50,259 bases of DNA, from positions 38,345-88,603 of the forward strand of contig JAQGDQ010000842.1 of the NCBI GenBank assembly GCA_030141605.1. Reading direction: 5' to 3'. Positions within the stretch are counted from its first letter, which is position 1; every line of letters starts with the position of its first letter. The notes beneath the pieces are model-generated. The model was not told the origin of the DNA, did no database searches, and was given only the letters and a program-made list of their open reading frames with translations. This document shows positions 11,897 through 25,769 of the stretch, in pieces. The position numbers and the translations under genes were made by a program. Source of the stretch: Tubiluchus corallicola (Eukaryota; Animalia; Priapulida).

Positions 11897-14845
11897 CTAC
11901 TCGGCATTGGATTCACATGCGAAGTATATTTCAACATTATAGGGATAATCATCCCAACGATAACTGTATACTTTGCGAATAATTGCATAGTGCTGATTTC
12001 TCCGATAATTATCAGGTTGATTGACATCCCAGTTATTAAATACGATGGGTTCACCATTGGAAATCCACCTCCAGTCGCCTTCACTGTGTTGGTCTGTTCC
12101 ACCAATCCAGAGTTCTTCAATACCTATAAAGAATGCAACTTCTGTGTTGGAATCAATTTTTTAAGCAGAAACTCAGAAGCCATATTATCATGTCTAGGCA
12201 TTTTTTACTTTGGTTCAAATAGTTTTATGTGCGGTCTAGAAAATGTGGTTAAAATAAAGGAATGGCAAAATGACACTTGCATTTTGGTGCAGTACAAGTG
12301 CACTAATGTTTTAATGCCCCCCTTAATGTAGTGGGATATTTGTTCCGCATCTGCATCGTTGGTTTGCGTTTATGTAAATATGACAAATATGACTTTTCTT
12401 TCACAAAATTGTTCCTGCTTGACAAATGGCTGGATTATATAGCTAGTAACATTAGTAGCCACTGTAAATAAATCAATACCCCGAGTGTTACAAAAAAGCC
12501 CTCTGAAAACAATCACCGGACAGCTGTGACAACAAAGAAAAGGCCGCTGTGACAATTATATCTAAATTGATACCAATATTTTCAATTGCAATTATCGTTA
12601 CAAGTTTAAATCACATGAGCAAATTTACACATGGACATAATGCTAGTGCAAATGTCAAGAAAAGCTTTTTAAATTAGTAAAGTCCAAATCGTTAAATTTT
12701 CTCTTATTTCCTCTGTAACAGCAGCTGGCACGCAACATTGATTCTCAGTTTGCACACTCCGACAGATGCACAACTTCTGGTTTTGTGGGATTCTTGACCA
12801 GCGGCCAGTCTCTATTTTCAACCGTTCAGATATCACTACATATAACCACAACGTAACTTCGTTGATGGGGACTTTCACTCCAAGGCAATTTCTTGATAAA
12901 ATAATTTAATATCCAGATTTCATTAACCACGACAACGCCTTGGTAATTTACAGAAAAAGCAAGTTTGCATACGTTCATTTGCGTGATGAACTGATTCTGG
13001 TGGGGTGTGATTTGCCAGGTGCAAATAAAAATAGAACAATATTAGGTCTTGCAAATTTGCAGTTAAAGTATTATTATCTTTACACGGGACATGCTGGAGA
13101 TTGCTTACTTACATTTGCATGAAGAATTCAGTTTGTTGGGGTGATTTGCCAAATGCCAATAAAAAAGAACAATTATTTTGTGTGATTTTGCCGAACTGTT
13201 ACTAGTAAAATATGACTTTCTCATCCAAAATCCGCTTTATCAGTTAATGTTTCCAGCTCAGTATGACTAGCTACTCCTCATAAAAATTATTACATTTAAA
13301 TAGCAAAAGTTTTGCCATTGTGTTTATTTTACGTCTACTTAGAACAATTTTTGTAGCGATGTGAATAATGATGGAATTGCATAGTACAAATTTACTATTA
13401 CCCAGCAGACAGCAAATAAATGTTTTACCATTCATAGAGTTACAGAGTGATTAGTGCATTTGTAGCTGGCATGTTGCCAAGCAATGTACGTGTGTGGAAC
13501 CTGCTCAAGAATTTTTTTTCACTCAACATTTTGACACTTGCATTTAGTTCTAATTCAGTTATCTCCATTTACCATTAAATCGGGTTTTGAGCACCAATCC
13601 TAATATTTTGGTTCTGGTCCTGAGCCTAAAATTCTAGCTATCCAGCTCCTGTTAGCTTCTCTGATTCCGATTCCGAGCAGGTGACACCTACGCAAACTCC
13701 GATAATGTCTTTAAATTGAACACCCCTAATGTTGGCTAGAATTACTAAAAAAATTAATATTAAACTGCCAAGTGCCTCTACGGCACAGAAACTTTCACCA
13801 GAAATTCAACTTGAGATAAATCATAACCTGTAAAATGACTTCTGTTGTTAATCTGCACATCAGTGTTGCCATGTGAATAATGACAATTTGACATATTATA
13901 TAAAAAGTAATAACATTTAAAGGCTTCAAATACTTGCCTTTCGCTTTCATATTGTTGACTACAAACTGATCTTCCTCAGCGGTTTCTATTTCAACCAAGT
14001 CACTAGCTGCAATTTTGCAATTCATTACAGCACTCATCCAAAAAACTCCGACTTTGTGAAACAAGTAACAGTGTCCATTGTAGTATTCTCCTCCATTTTT
14101 GCAACATTTCTGATCCTGGAGGAAAAGTAAATTGCATTATGAAAGCAACCGAAGCTGAGTAAACACGTTTAGTAAACCTTTCAAAATGTAGACAGTTGTT
14201 ATTGTAAAATCATGTAAGTTGGTTACAAGGAGTGTGTAAATCAAAATATTGCTGCTATATACATTCACTAGGAAATTTTTCATTTGCAATTATAATCTTT
14301 GTTGAACGTCAAAATCAATAAAGACTAGTCAAACCTTGCAAAAGTCAACAAGGACAAACGCCACATCACACCACCTACATTATGACAACACACCACGCCA
14401 CCCACACCTTGTCACACTCATCACACCATCCACAGCACATTTACCGTATCCACTACAACTTACCACTTCATGGATATCATGATGATGACTATTATGACGA
14501 TAATGACCCCACCTAGAACACTAACATCAACAATATGCCAGCCTAATAAAACCACGAAAATCATTTTGTACAACAATGAAACTGTGTATTATTACAAATG
14601 CTACTGTGCCTGTGTGTGCGTGCGTGTGTGTGTGGGTGTGTGTATGTGAGTGTGTGTGTGTGTTGTAAATCTATGTATTATATGTAAATGTATACAGAAA
14701 GCACCGAAATTAACATAAACCTGTGCATTAAAGTTATTACCTCTGCAGCCTTACTGCTGATATTTAAACCTCTTACAGGGCCTGCAATCACAGCACCGAG
14801 AGAAGCTGATACGAACAGTAATCTGATCACAGAGACCACATTCAT
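11897..14845 (-). CDS. Secreted C-type lectin, copy 3 (169 aa; QPD/WDD, inner disulfide lost)
   Basis: Exons 14845-14741, 14115-13938 (DQKCCKNGGEYYNGHCYLFHKVGVFWMSAVMNC...), 12123-11897 (...QPDNYRRNQHYAII...WDDYPYNVEIYFACESNAE*). Intron 2 donor AG/GCAAGT. Confidence 0.9.
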
Positions 14846-15441
14846 TGTGCAAGTAACAACTATTACCACATTAAACTATGAAAACCAGTCTTGTAGGTTT
14901 CTGAACCTAAGAAAAAATAGATGATCCGAAATGAGGCAGAAAGATAATCCAAATAAAGTGTTTCTGTACAAAAGTTTATGAAACTACTAACACAAGTTAA
15001 CGAAACTGCTTAATGTAAGGTCAGTCACCACGAGATAAAATGAAAGTCATGTTCTAAAACGTATTGATGGTTTAAGCTGTTGGAATGCTCAATAACGTAC
15101 AATTTAAGCAACTTATTGTCAGAACAATTTAACTATTGTCATTTTATTCTTCATTCTTTCGTGCATCGGTTTTCAATAAGCATTGTCTTAACTTTTTAAC
15201 TCACGTTCCACGTTGAAATATTTGATTTTCATGATGTCATAACGTAAATTCAAATGCTGCACATGCGCAGGATTTTAAGCCTCATCAATATTGGTCGAAT
15301 AGATGAATCTTGAAAGTGCATTACTCAACAGCTGTTTCTGCCTAATCAAATGTAATTTTTGGGTTGACCAAACAGCAAATTGTAAATTTTCATTGCAATA
15401 CACTCATTTTGTGCCTAACTATTTTTGTCAATATAGCAATG

Positions 15442-15444
<3 letters not shown>

Positions 15445-15508
<64 letters not shown>
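15445..15508. repeat. (CT)n microsatellite
   Basis: Visible; the paralogous tract at 30406-30680 is expanded. Confidence 0.95.
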
Positions 15509-16556
15509 GTGGCATGCGTTTTACTAATTATAACATTACTAATATAACTAATATAAATGAAGTGTCAGCAAATAACAAAAATTGGATATAAAAATACCCT
15601 TCTAATCAACGGAATACCTTGGTTTAATCATTTACCTTAAATTTATACATTTTATTCTGTTCACATTCAGTACAATGCTGCACAAATCTAGCAAAATCTA
15701 GCAATCGGATTATGGACAATGACAATTTCTATGTCAAACTGGTGATGAGTTGAATTTAAACAAAGCTGCAGCTGTAAATCAATTCACCTGACGATGAGCT
15801 AAACAAGCTTAATGAGTTATATAGCTAGTATTGGGTAACACTTGAATATCGGATCTTAATCAATACCTATAATTAGGTAAAGTCCGAGGTTTGCAGTGAC
15901 CACATTGATAAAAAACAGGAATCGTGGTAGAATTACAGTAATTTCAAGTGTAAATTTGCTCCGTAATGCTGACTGTACAGCTAAGAATTCATTATCGAAC
16001 AGTTTGAATTTGGAAGATGCTAAATTGATGAGCCTGAACTTTTAATTGTAAGTTAGGGGGGCTCATGTTGTCTTTTATTACCTGCTTTATTTTGGGGAGA
16101 GTAAAATTATTCATGTTACAAATTTTCCATCGTCTCAAATTACTTATTAAAACATTTTTTAAAATTTGACTATAACAAAAAACACACATCTTTAATCGTT
16201 AAATTTATTGATTCGTGTTTTAAAGCTGTAAAATTAATACAAAATCATTATTTTTCATAAAAACAACAAAGAGAGGATTTAAAGAACTTATTTTTGTGAT
16301 TTTTTCTTTTTTGAGGGAAAAATCTTTCACACATTTTGCTACTTATTTATAATTAACGCAATTTAGAATAACTAGTCGGCATCCTTCTGTCTTGGCTGAC
16401 AATGGACAGTATGCCAAGAGAGTCAGTTATTGATCACATTGATGGTTGCTGCGTCGACTGTGGCTGAGCAGTGCAATTCTTAAACGTCTCCAGGGCGCAC
16501 GCCTGGGCAAGGTGTAGTCCAAAGTTAATAATTAACTTAATAATGTGTTTTAATAT

Positions 16557-17355
16557 AATGCTATGTTATGTTAGATTGTGTTGTGTTGTGTTGTGTTGTG
16601 TTGTGCTATGCTATGCTCTGTTATGTGATATTATGTTATGTTATGTTATGTTATGTTATGTTATGTTATGTTATGTTATGTTATGTTATGTTATGTTATG
16701 TTATGTTATGTTATGCTATGCTATGCTATGCTATGCTATGCTATGCTATGCTATGCCATGCTATGCTATGCTATGTGTGGAAGATGTAATTGTACATTTT
16801 TAATTAGGTGCTGCCATCTATGAACTAATCCTGTTACATTTTACCAGCTACTTACCCCCAGCATAATTGTACAGTCCAGTGAATGCATATTCACTGGAAC
16901 TCTCCCATTTTAAAGTAATGGTTTTTGTGAAACCAAGTCTGCATACGTTACCTATACCTATATATACTGCCTGATGTACTTTCTAGTCACTGTCTAACTC
17001 TCAGTGTTCAGTGCAGGACGCTCTCATTCTCAGTGTTCAGTGCAGCAGTCTTTTTACTTATGTGTATGTAGTTTGATAAACACTTTTCTGTTTTGTGCAA
17101 TGAAGATATGTATTATAGATTTTTTATTCTTGTTCTACAAGTGAGTGATCTACAACTTTAAACATGACTTTCGCACTATGCTATGCTATGCTATGTTATG
17201 ATATGTTATGTTATGTTATGTTACGTTACGTTACGTTACGTTACGTTACGTTACGTTACGTTACGTTACGTTACGTTACGTTACGTCAGGTCAGGTCAGG
17301 TCAGGTCAGGTCAGGTCAGGTTATGTTAGGTTATGTTGTTATGTTATGTTATGTT
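16557..17355. repeat. Compound pentamer microsatellite (TTGTG/TTATG/CTATG/TTACG/TCAGG) interrupted by a 400-bp insertion
   Basis: Repeat tracts at 16557-16775 and 17176-17355. Confidence 0.95.
16776..17175 (+). mobile_element. Probable solo LTR (400 bp)
   Basis: TG...CA termini with an imperfect inverted repeat (TGTGGAAG / CTTTCGCA), CTATG on both sides, internal TATATATA; absent from the paralogous microsatellites. Confidence 0.6.
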
Positions 17356-17748
17356 AAACAACATGCCAGAGGTCTACCCCATCGTGCTCCATGCCGGTTG
17401 TCATTGCGGAACAGGTGCTGATATGGAAGTCGCAAGCTATAGCTGCTATGCAATGCTGATATTCAATGGCTTCGTAATAGATGAAACCACCACAATGTAG
17501 AGGGTGTCGAAAATGAAGAGCATTCTTCGTAACAATATAATGGTAATTAATATGACGTAGTTATGGAACTTTATTAGTTATGATGATACTGAATAATGCA
17601 GGTAACAGTAATAATAACTGTTTTTGTTAAATATTAGAAGTTAACAATAAACTAATAATGGATTAAAAAGAAAATGGAACAAAGAATTGGTGTGGTGGTG
17701 TATAGGCATTTGTTCTTATGTGATCCATACAATTATTTAATCCACTTT

Positions 17749-20058
17749 TCAGTACATGGCATTGGATTCACATGCGAAGGATGCTGTGTATGTAGTACAG
17801 TCACCATCATTCCAATGATAACTGTAGCTCTTGTGAATTACTGCACAGTGCTCTTTTCCTTTATAATTATCAGGTTGATTATCTTTCCAGTTATTAAATA
17901 CGATGGGCTGACCGTTGGAAATCCATCTCCAGTCGCCTTCAGTGTGTTGATCTGTTTCACCAACCCAGAGGTTTTCAATTCCTATAAAGAATGCAACTTC
18001 TGAGTTGGAATGAATTTTTTAAGCAGAAACTTAGAAGCCATATTATCATGTCAAGGCATTTTTGATTTTGGTTAAAATAGATTTATGTGCAGAAAATGCT
18101 GTTAAAATGAAAGTTTGGCAAAATGATATTTGCATTTTGGTGCAGTACAATTGCACTAATGTTTTAATCGTAGCTTTAATGTAGTGGGATATTTTTTATA
18201 ATGTAAATATGACAAATATGACCTTTCCTTGTTAAGATTGTTCCTGCTTGGCAAATGGCTGATTTAGATGGCTAGCAATAGGAGTAGTAAGTTTATAAAC
18301 ACAGTAAATAAATCAATACAACGAATATTACAAAAAAGCTCTCTAAAAACAATCACCGGATAGCTGTGACAACAAAGAAAATGCAGCTGTAACTATTATA
18401 TCTAAATTGATAACAATATTTTCAATTGCAATTACACATGGACATATTGTTAGTGCAAATGTCAAAAAAATCTTTTTAAATTGGTAAAGTCCAAATCGTT
18501 AAATTTTCTCTTATTTCCTCTGTAACAGCACAGCTGCACACAACATGGGTTTTCAGTTTGCACACTCCGACAGGTGCAAACCTTTGACTTTGTGGGATTC
18601 TTGACCATCGGCCAGAACTTATTCTGGTGGGGTGTTATTTGCCTGGTGCCAGTAAAAGTAGAACAATATTAGGTTTTGCAAATTTGCAGTAAAAGTATGA
18701 TTATCTTTACACGGGACATACTGGAGGTTGCATACTTACATTTGCATTAAGAATTCATTTTGTTGGGGTGATTTGCCAAATGCCAATAAAAAAGAACAAT
18801 TATTTTGTGTGATTTTTGTGGAACAGCTACTAGTAAAATATGACTTCCCATCTAAAATCCCTTTTTTGAGTTAATGTTTCCAGCTCAATATGAGTAGTTA
18901 TTCCTCAAAAAAATTATTACCTTCTAATAGTAAAAGGTTTGCCATTGTGTTTAGTTTACGTATACTTAGAACAATTTTTGTAGCGATGTGAACAATGAGG
19001 GATTTGCATAGTACAAATTTACTATTACCCAGCAGACAGCAAATAAACGTTTTACCCTTTATAGAGTCACAAGGTGATTAGTGTATTTGTAGCTGGCGTG
19101 TTGCCAATAAATGTACGTGTGTGGAACCGGCTCAAGAAATTTTTTTCACTCAGCATTCAAGACACCTAATCATTAAATTGGGTTTTCAAATATATTTTGG
19201 TTCTGATCGGAATCCCGAACTTCATCCTGAGTTAAAAAATCTAGCCCTCCAGCTCTGTTAGCTTCTTGGATTCCCCGATTCCGAGCAGCTGATCCCTAAT
19301 CAAGCTCCAATAATGTCTGGAAATTGGACACCCCTAATGTTGACTAGAATTACTCAGAAAATTAATATTAAACTGGCAAAAGCTGCTATGGCACAGAAAT
19401 TTTCACCAGAATTTTTAACTTGAGATAAATCTTAATGTGTAAAATGATCCTCCGTTGTTAATCTGGCACATCAGTGTTGCCATGTACGTTATGACAATTT
19501 GACTTATTATATGAAAAGGAAAAACATTAACGGCTTCAAATATTTGCCTTTCGCTTTCATATTGTTGACTACAAACTGATCTTCCTCAGCGGTTTCTATT
19601 TCAACCAAGTCACTAGCTGTTTTTAAGCAATTCAAGACAGCTGTTCCCCAGTGCACCGTGATTTTGTGAAACAAGTAACAGTGTCCATTGTAGTATTCAC
19701 CACCATTTTTACAATATGCTGAGCATGACGCAGTCTCATTCTAGAGGAAAAACAAATTGCAAACTAAGAGAACACGTTCAAAAGTGTTGGCACTTGTACT
19801 TGTAAATTCTATCGGAAAGCTAGTTACATGTTTAAATCAAATTATTACAGCTATATAACTTGAATGCGTATATATTCACTGAGAGATTTTTGATAATTTA
19901 TTGCCATTGTTAAACTTCAAATTTAATAATGATTGTATTAATTTTAAAGTAAGTACCTGTCTGGCCATAATGACGTTTGTCCCACCTTCAATGCCTGCAC
20001 TCGCACCACCGAGAAAAAGTAACACTACCAGTAAGCTGATCACAGAGACCACATTCAT
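17749..20058 (-). CDS. Secreted C-type lectin, copy 4 (175 aa; canonical QPD/E/WND, galactose-type motif)
   Basis: Exons 20058-19957, 19740-19548, 17981-17749 (LWVGETD...QPDNYKGKEHCAVIHKSYSYHWNDGDCTTYTASFACESNAMY*). All four core Cys present. Donors GTACTT and GCAAAT are somewhat weak. Confidence 0.85.
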
Positions 20059-20962
20059 TGTGCAAGTAATAAGCAATAAAATATAAAAGCAAGTCTTGTA
20101 TGTTCGTGAATCTAACTAAGAAGAAATAAGTGATCCGAAACGAATTAGAAAAGTAATCCAAATAAAATGCTTCTGTACAAATGTTGGAAAAGAAATTTTA
20201 AAAAACTACTGACACACGTTATTAATGTAAGATCAATCCCTATAAGATCAAAGGAAAGCCTTGTTCTAATACCTATTGACACGATTTAAACTGTTGGAAT
20301 GCTAACTAACATACAACTTATGCCATGCATTGTCACAACAATGAACCAATTTAACAATTGTTGTTTCATTCTGCATTCTTTGGCGCATTGTTTTATAATA
20401 AGCATTGTCTCAGTTTAAAACCCATTCCACTAGTAAAAGCTCCACAAAACAAATGCGTATAAAAACATTTTTATTCAAAAATATACAAACATCTTACATA
20501 GTTCTCGTTTATAACGCCAAGCCAGCAGCAGCAGTTTTTACTGAATTAAAGTTATAAGATTATAAGCAGAGTACAATAGATGATGACAGAGTCACGGCTT
20601 TGCGTCAACAGTTTTCCAAGCGAAAATCCCAAAAATGGAGCATTTAATCATTGTAAATTATAGAAAACCACAAGGTAAAATGTGAAAGAGTTGCAAAAAA
20701 GATTCATTTCTCACTTTTCCTAAAACGCATAGGTGTTATAGAAAATAGGTAGGAATTTAATAAAATGTGTGAATTTCACACATTGCCTGCAACATATAAA
20801 TTACATGATTGCAGGACGTGGTTGAAAATGAGGTGGTACAATGAAAGCGGTGTAGCTGATTTAAACCTCTGTAATTGTCGTTGAAGTTGAACAACGTGGA
20901 TTTTCTATTTGAAAATGATAGCTTTCCAATGCAGCAAATCATATTTATATGTTGTTGTTGTT

Positions 20963-21373
20963 GGCATCCTTCTGTCTCGGAAGACAATGGAGTGTGCGCC
21001 AAGAGAGTCAGTCATTGATCACATTGATGGAGCTGCAGCGTCGACTGTGGCTGAGCAGTGCGATCCTTAAACGTCTCCAGGGCGCATGCCTGGTCAAGGT
21101 GTATCGAGATCCTGAGTTGCTCAGACAACAAGAACCCCCTCTCTTCCTCCCTGGTGAAGAAAGCGGAGCGATACGTTTGGCACCAGGTTGGCTGCAGGAG
21201 CTGCCGAAGCCAGTGTGCATGCTGTACTGGTCCGCCATCGGAGCTCCACTCCTGATTTGGAAGGTTTGCTCCTCTATACATGGAGGTTGGGTCACTTGAC
21301 CTCCTCTGCCCTCTAGTCGTTGGCTGCTTCTGCAGTTCCTCCGCCTAGTGTCGAAATACAGTGTTGGCATCCT
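20963..21373 (+). mobile_element. Second copy of the GC-rich structured repeat
   Basis: Near-identical to 8981-9391; lies within the duplicated spacer. Confidence 0.5.
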
Positions 21374-21973
21374 CGTACATTTATATGTAAATAGCTAATA
21401 ATCATAATTAAACGATACAGAACTATCAACTTATTTGGGAAAGACGTGTACCTGATGACCAATTTATCCAATTACAAGTGGAAGAAAACTCAAATTGCAC
21501 TCAATGTTCAATGAAGGATAAGATTTATTTAATACATTTTTGCTTTCAAAAATAGTGTAAAATTATAATAGTTTGATGACCTTACTTTTTAACAATATTT
21601 TGACTTTTTTATGGGTCAGGAATTAAATATGAAAACAACTTTACCTTGCTGAAAAAAGTCTCCACACTCTCTGCAGGTAGGGATACTTTCAGACAATCGT
21701 AAAAGTTAAAACCATTTCTAATATGTTTATATTATTTATTATATTATTTAGATATATATTATTTAGAAATTTCCTGTTAATAAGGGCTTTTAATAAAATA
21801 CCAAGATCTCACGTTGCTAGGTTTACAGTATAATGTCTGTTGCGAAATTAAGCACTGTAACACAGTTAGCTCAACTACAAGGATTTCAACTTAAATGGAA
21901 GTAAGGAAATTGTAGTTATTTAAATTATAGTTAGCTTAACAAAAGTTTACACTACTTTTAGCATGTCATGGAT

Positions 21974-22770
21974 CTACAAAGATGAATACTGAAATATAAA
22001 TTTTTTCTTTATATTTACTGATAAGACGATAAATTGTTTGTTTTTAATTTCTTGGAGAATAGAGTTCCAGATATGGGGGCCTTGATATTTAAGAGAGCAC
22101 TGGGCTTTGTTTGTGTTATATCTTACTACACTCATACTATTGTTTGAATCAAAACGAGTTTTATATTTGTGTAAAGCAGAAGGTTCGCTCATGTATCCGT
22201 TAAGCAGTTGGGGCAGCATATTATTTTTAAATTTAAAAACGAATGTGGCAAATTCTAGCTTATATATATCTGTCATTTTTAAAATTTTCAATTGATTATA
22301 GTAGGGAGTTGCATGTTCTCTGAGACCAGCAAAGCAAATAGGCTTAACAATTTTATTTTGATAAACAGTAAGATTTTGCATTGTAGTTTTTTGGCAGATC
22401 CCCATTTAAGATTCCATATAGTAAATAGGGAATACTAGACCATAGTATACTAATTTGAGTGTTGGAAATCCAAGTGGTGTCTAAGTTTAAAGAATATGCC
22501 AGCAATTTTATACGTTAAGTGTTGAATGTGTGAGTTCCAGTTTAATTTGTCATCAATGTAGATTCCTAAATATTTAATTCGTAAATTATTTACACCATTA
22601 TTTGTTCTGTGATTAATAAAGAGGATGAACTTGGTTTTTTTTTATAATTGAGTGTTAATTTGCATTCCTTTAGCCAGGTGTGAATATTGACAAGTTGGTC
22701 ATTAACAATGTTTTCTAAAATTTTGATATTAGATGAGGCCATGAATAAGTTTGTAACATCTGCAAACTTT
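21974..22770 (-). mobile_element. Duplicate of the CR1/L2/Crack-group LINE fragment
   Basis: Same motifs (FADVTNLF, KYLGIYIDDKLNW, YQGPHIWNSI) and same flanks as 9964-10797, so it was copied by segmental duplication. Confidence 0.85.
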
Positions 22771-23913
22771 CGTGATTGAAGGCTAGAGCAGGAACGATTA
22801 GGAACAATTAGTTTGAAGGATTAGCAGGTCTATAAAATGAATACGTGAAGAACTATGTAGACGATAAAATTCTTCAAGGCAAAACTTAGGTTAGGTAATT
22901 AGTTGCACAATATTGATAAACGAAGCAGAGGGTTCATTACGGCAAAATATTATTATGTTTATACATTGTAAAGTCAGTTTGTGAAGTTTGACCTGTAAAG
23001 TAACAATGAGTGCCACAAAACAGTCTGTGCCTCAAGCACGTAGTAAATTTTGGGACTTCTGTCGCCCACACTCATGTCTGAAGTTACACATTATGAAGTA
23101 ACAACAATTTTCTGTGCCTCGGCGTGTGTGTGTGTGTGTGTGTGCGTGCGTGCGTGCGGGTGTGTGTGTGCGTGAGTGTGTGCAAGTGTGCGTGTGTGTG
23201 CGTGCGTGCGTGCATGCATGCATGCGTGTGTGTTTAGATTTATAAAGTAGTCATTATTTAATGATATTTTAAGGAAATTAACTTAATAATTCGTTTTAAT
23301 ATAATGTTGTGTTGTGTTGTGTTGTGTTGTGTTGTGTTGTGTTGTGTTGTGTTGTGCTGTGCTGTGATGTGCAGTGCTGTGCAGTGTTCTGCTGTGCTGG
23401 GCTGTGTTGTGCTGTGATGTGTTGTGCTGTGCTATGCTGGCATGGAATGCCATGCCACGTCTTGTCTTGTCATGTAATGTTATGAGAGAAGAAAATATAA
23501 AACAACAATAGAAAGAGTAAAATTACTAAATTAAAGAACACGCCAAACGTCTACCCATCGTGCTCCATACCGGTTGTCATTGCGGAACAGGTGCTGATAT
23601 GCAATAGCTTCGTAATAGATGAAACCATCACAATCCAGAGAGAGGTCGAAAATGAAAAGCATTTCATCTTCGTAACAATATAATGGTAATTAACGTGACG
23701 TATTTATGGAACTTTATTAGTTACGATCATACTGAATAATGCAGATAACAGTAATAATCACTTAGATGATAACTTAATAATACATGGAAGTAATGATAAG
23801 AAGTTAACAATAAACTAATAATAGCTTAAAAGAAAATGGTACAAAGAATTGGTGTGATATGTAGGCATTTGTTCTTATGTGATCCATACAATTATGTAAT
23901 CCACTTTTCACTA

Positions 23914-25754
23914 CTAGGCATTCGATTCACATGCGAATGATGATTTAACATCATAGGCATAATCATCCCAACGATATCCGTCTGCCTTGCGAATTATTGC
24001 ATAGTGCTGTTTTCCCTGATAATTTTCAGGTTGAATACCATTCCAGTTATTATATATCATGGGTTGACCGTTGGAAATCCACCTCCAGTCGCCTTCACTG
24101 TGTTGATCTGTTCCACCAATCCAGAGGTGCTCAATTCCTATAAAGAATGCAACTTCTGCGTTAGAATGAATTTTTTTAAGCAGAAACTTAGAAGCCATAT
24201 TATCATGTCAAAGTATTTTTGATTTTGGTTAAAATAGTTTTACGTGCAGCCTAGAAACTGCTGTTAAAATGAAGGTATGGCAAAATGATATTTGCATTTT
24301 GGCGCAGTACAAGTGCTCTAATGTTTTAGTGGTCCCCTTAAGGTAGTGGGATATTTTTTCCGCATCTACATCATTGGTTTGCCCTAATGTAAATATGCCA
24401 AATACGACTTTTCTTTGACAAAATTGTTCCTGCTTGATAAATGGCTGATTTAGATGGCTAGTAACATTAGTAGCCACAGCAAATAAATCAATGCCACGAA
24501 TATTACAAAAAGCCCTCTAAAAACAATCACCGGACAGCTGGGACAACAAAGCAAAGGCAGCTGTGACAATTATATTTAAATTGATAACAATATTAATCAC
24601 AATATTTTCAATGGCAATTATCGTTACAAGTTTAAAATCACATGAGCACATTTACACATGGACATAATGTTAGTGCAAATGTCAAAAAAAGCTTTTTACA
24701 TTGGTAAAGTCCAAATCGTTAAATTTTCTCTTATTTCCTCTGTAACAGCAGCTGGCACGCAACATTGGTTCTCAGTTTGCACACTCCCACAGGTGCACAA
24801 CCTCTGGTTTTGTGGGATTCTTGACCAGCGGCCAGTCTCTATTTTAAGCCAGTCAGATATCACCACATACAACCACAATGTACCTACGTTGATAGTGACT
24901 TCCTCTTCAAGACAATTTCTTGATAAAATAATTTAATATCCAGATTTCATTAACCACGACAACGCCTTGGTAATTTACAGAAAAAGCAAGTTTGCATACG
25001 TTCATTTGCGTGAAGAACTTATTGTGGTGGGGTGTGAATGTCCAGGTGCCAATAAAAGTAGAACAATATTACGTCTTGCAAATTTGCAGTAAAAGTACTA
25101 TTATCTTTGCACGGGACATGCTGGAGGTTGCATAATTACATTTGCATGAAGAATTCATTTTGGTGGGCTGATTTGCCAAATGCCAATAAAAAAACTATAA
25201 TTTTGTGAGACAAATCGAACTGCTACTAGTAAAATATGACTTCCCATCTAAAATGTAATTTAGGAGTTAATATTTCCAGCTCAGTAGTTATTTCAGGCAC
25301 TTGCATTTCGTTCGAACTCTCTTATCTCAGTTTACCATTAAATTGGGTTTTGAACCCCAGTTTTAACATTTTGCTTCTGATCAGAATCCCGAATTGATCA
25401 CTTCATCCTGAGACAAAAGCCCGCCAGCTCTGTTAGCTTCTTGGATTCCCCAACTCCGAGGAGCTGATCTCTATCCAAACTCCAATAATGTCTGGAAATT
25501 GGACACCACTGGAATATTGACTAGAATTACTCAAAAAAAATTAATATTAAACTGCCAAGTACTGCTACGGCACAGAAACTTTCACCAGAAATTTTAACTT
25601 GAGGTAAATCATGACCTGTAAAATGACTTCTGTTGTTAATCTGGCACATCAGTGTTGCCATGTGAATAATGACAATTTGACTTATTATATAAAAAGTAAA
25701 AACAATTAAAGGCTTCAAATACTTGCCTTTCGCTTTCATATTGTTGGCTACAAA
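23914..25754 (-). pseudogene. 5'-truncated C-type lectin, copy 5 (intact exon 3, only the last ~28 nt of exon 2)
   Basis: Exon 3 (24137-23914) is open and encodes the same peptide as copy 2 exon 3. Exon 2 homology covers only 25754-25727, then switches to spacer sequence homologous to ~4890 onward. No exon 1. Confidence 0.85.
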
Positions 25755-25769
25755 GTTACAAGTCGTGAA

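Larger units (their letters stand above)
19550..23880. repeat. Segmental duplication of ~7560-11870
   Basis: Collinear, near-identical exons 1-2, spacer, structured repeat, LINE fragment and microsatellites. Confidence 0.9.

Noticed and set aside
15788-15812. Hammerhead-like CTGACGA followed by a short stem
   Set aside because: The required GAAA core is missing; at most a decayed relic.
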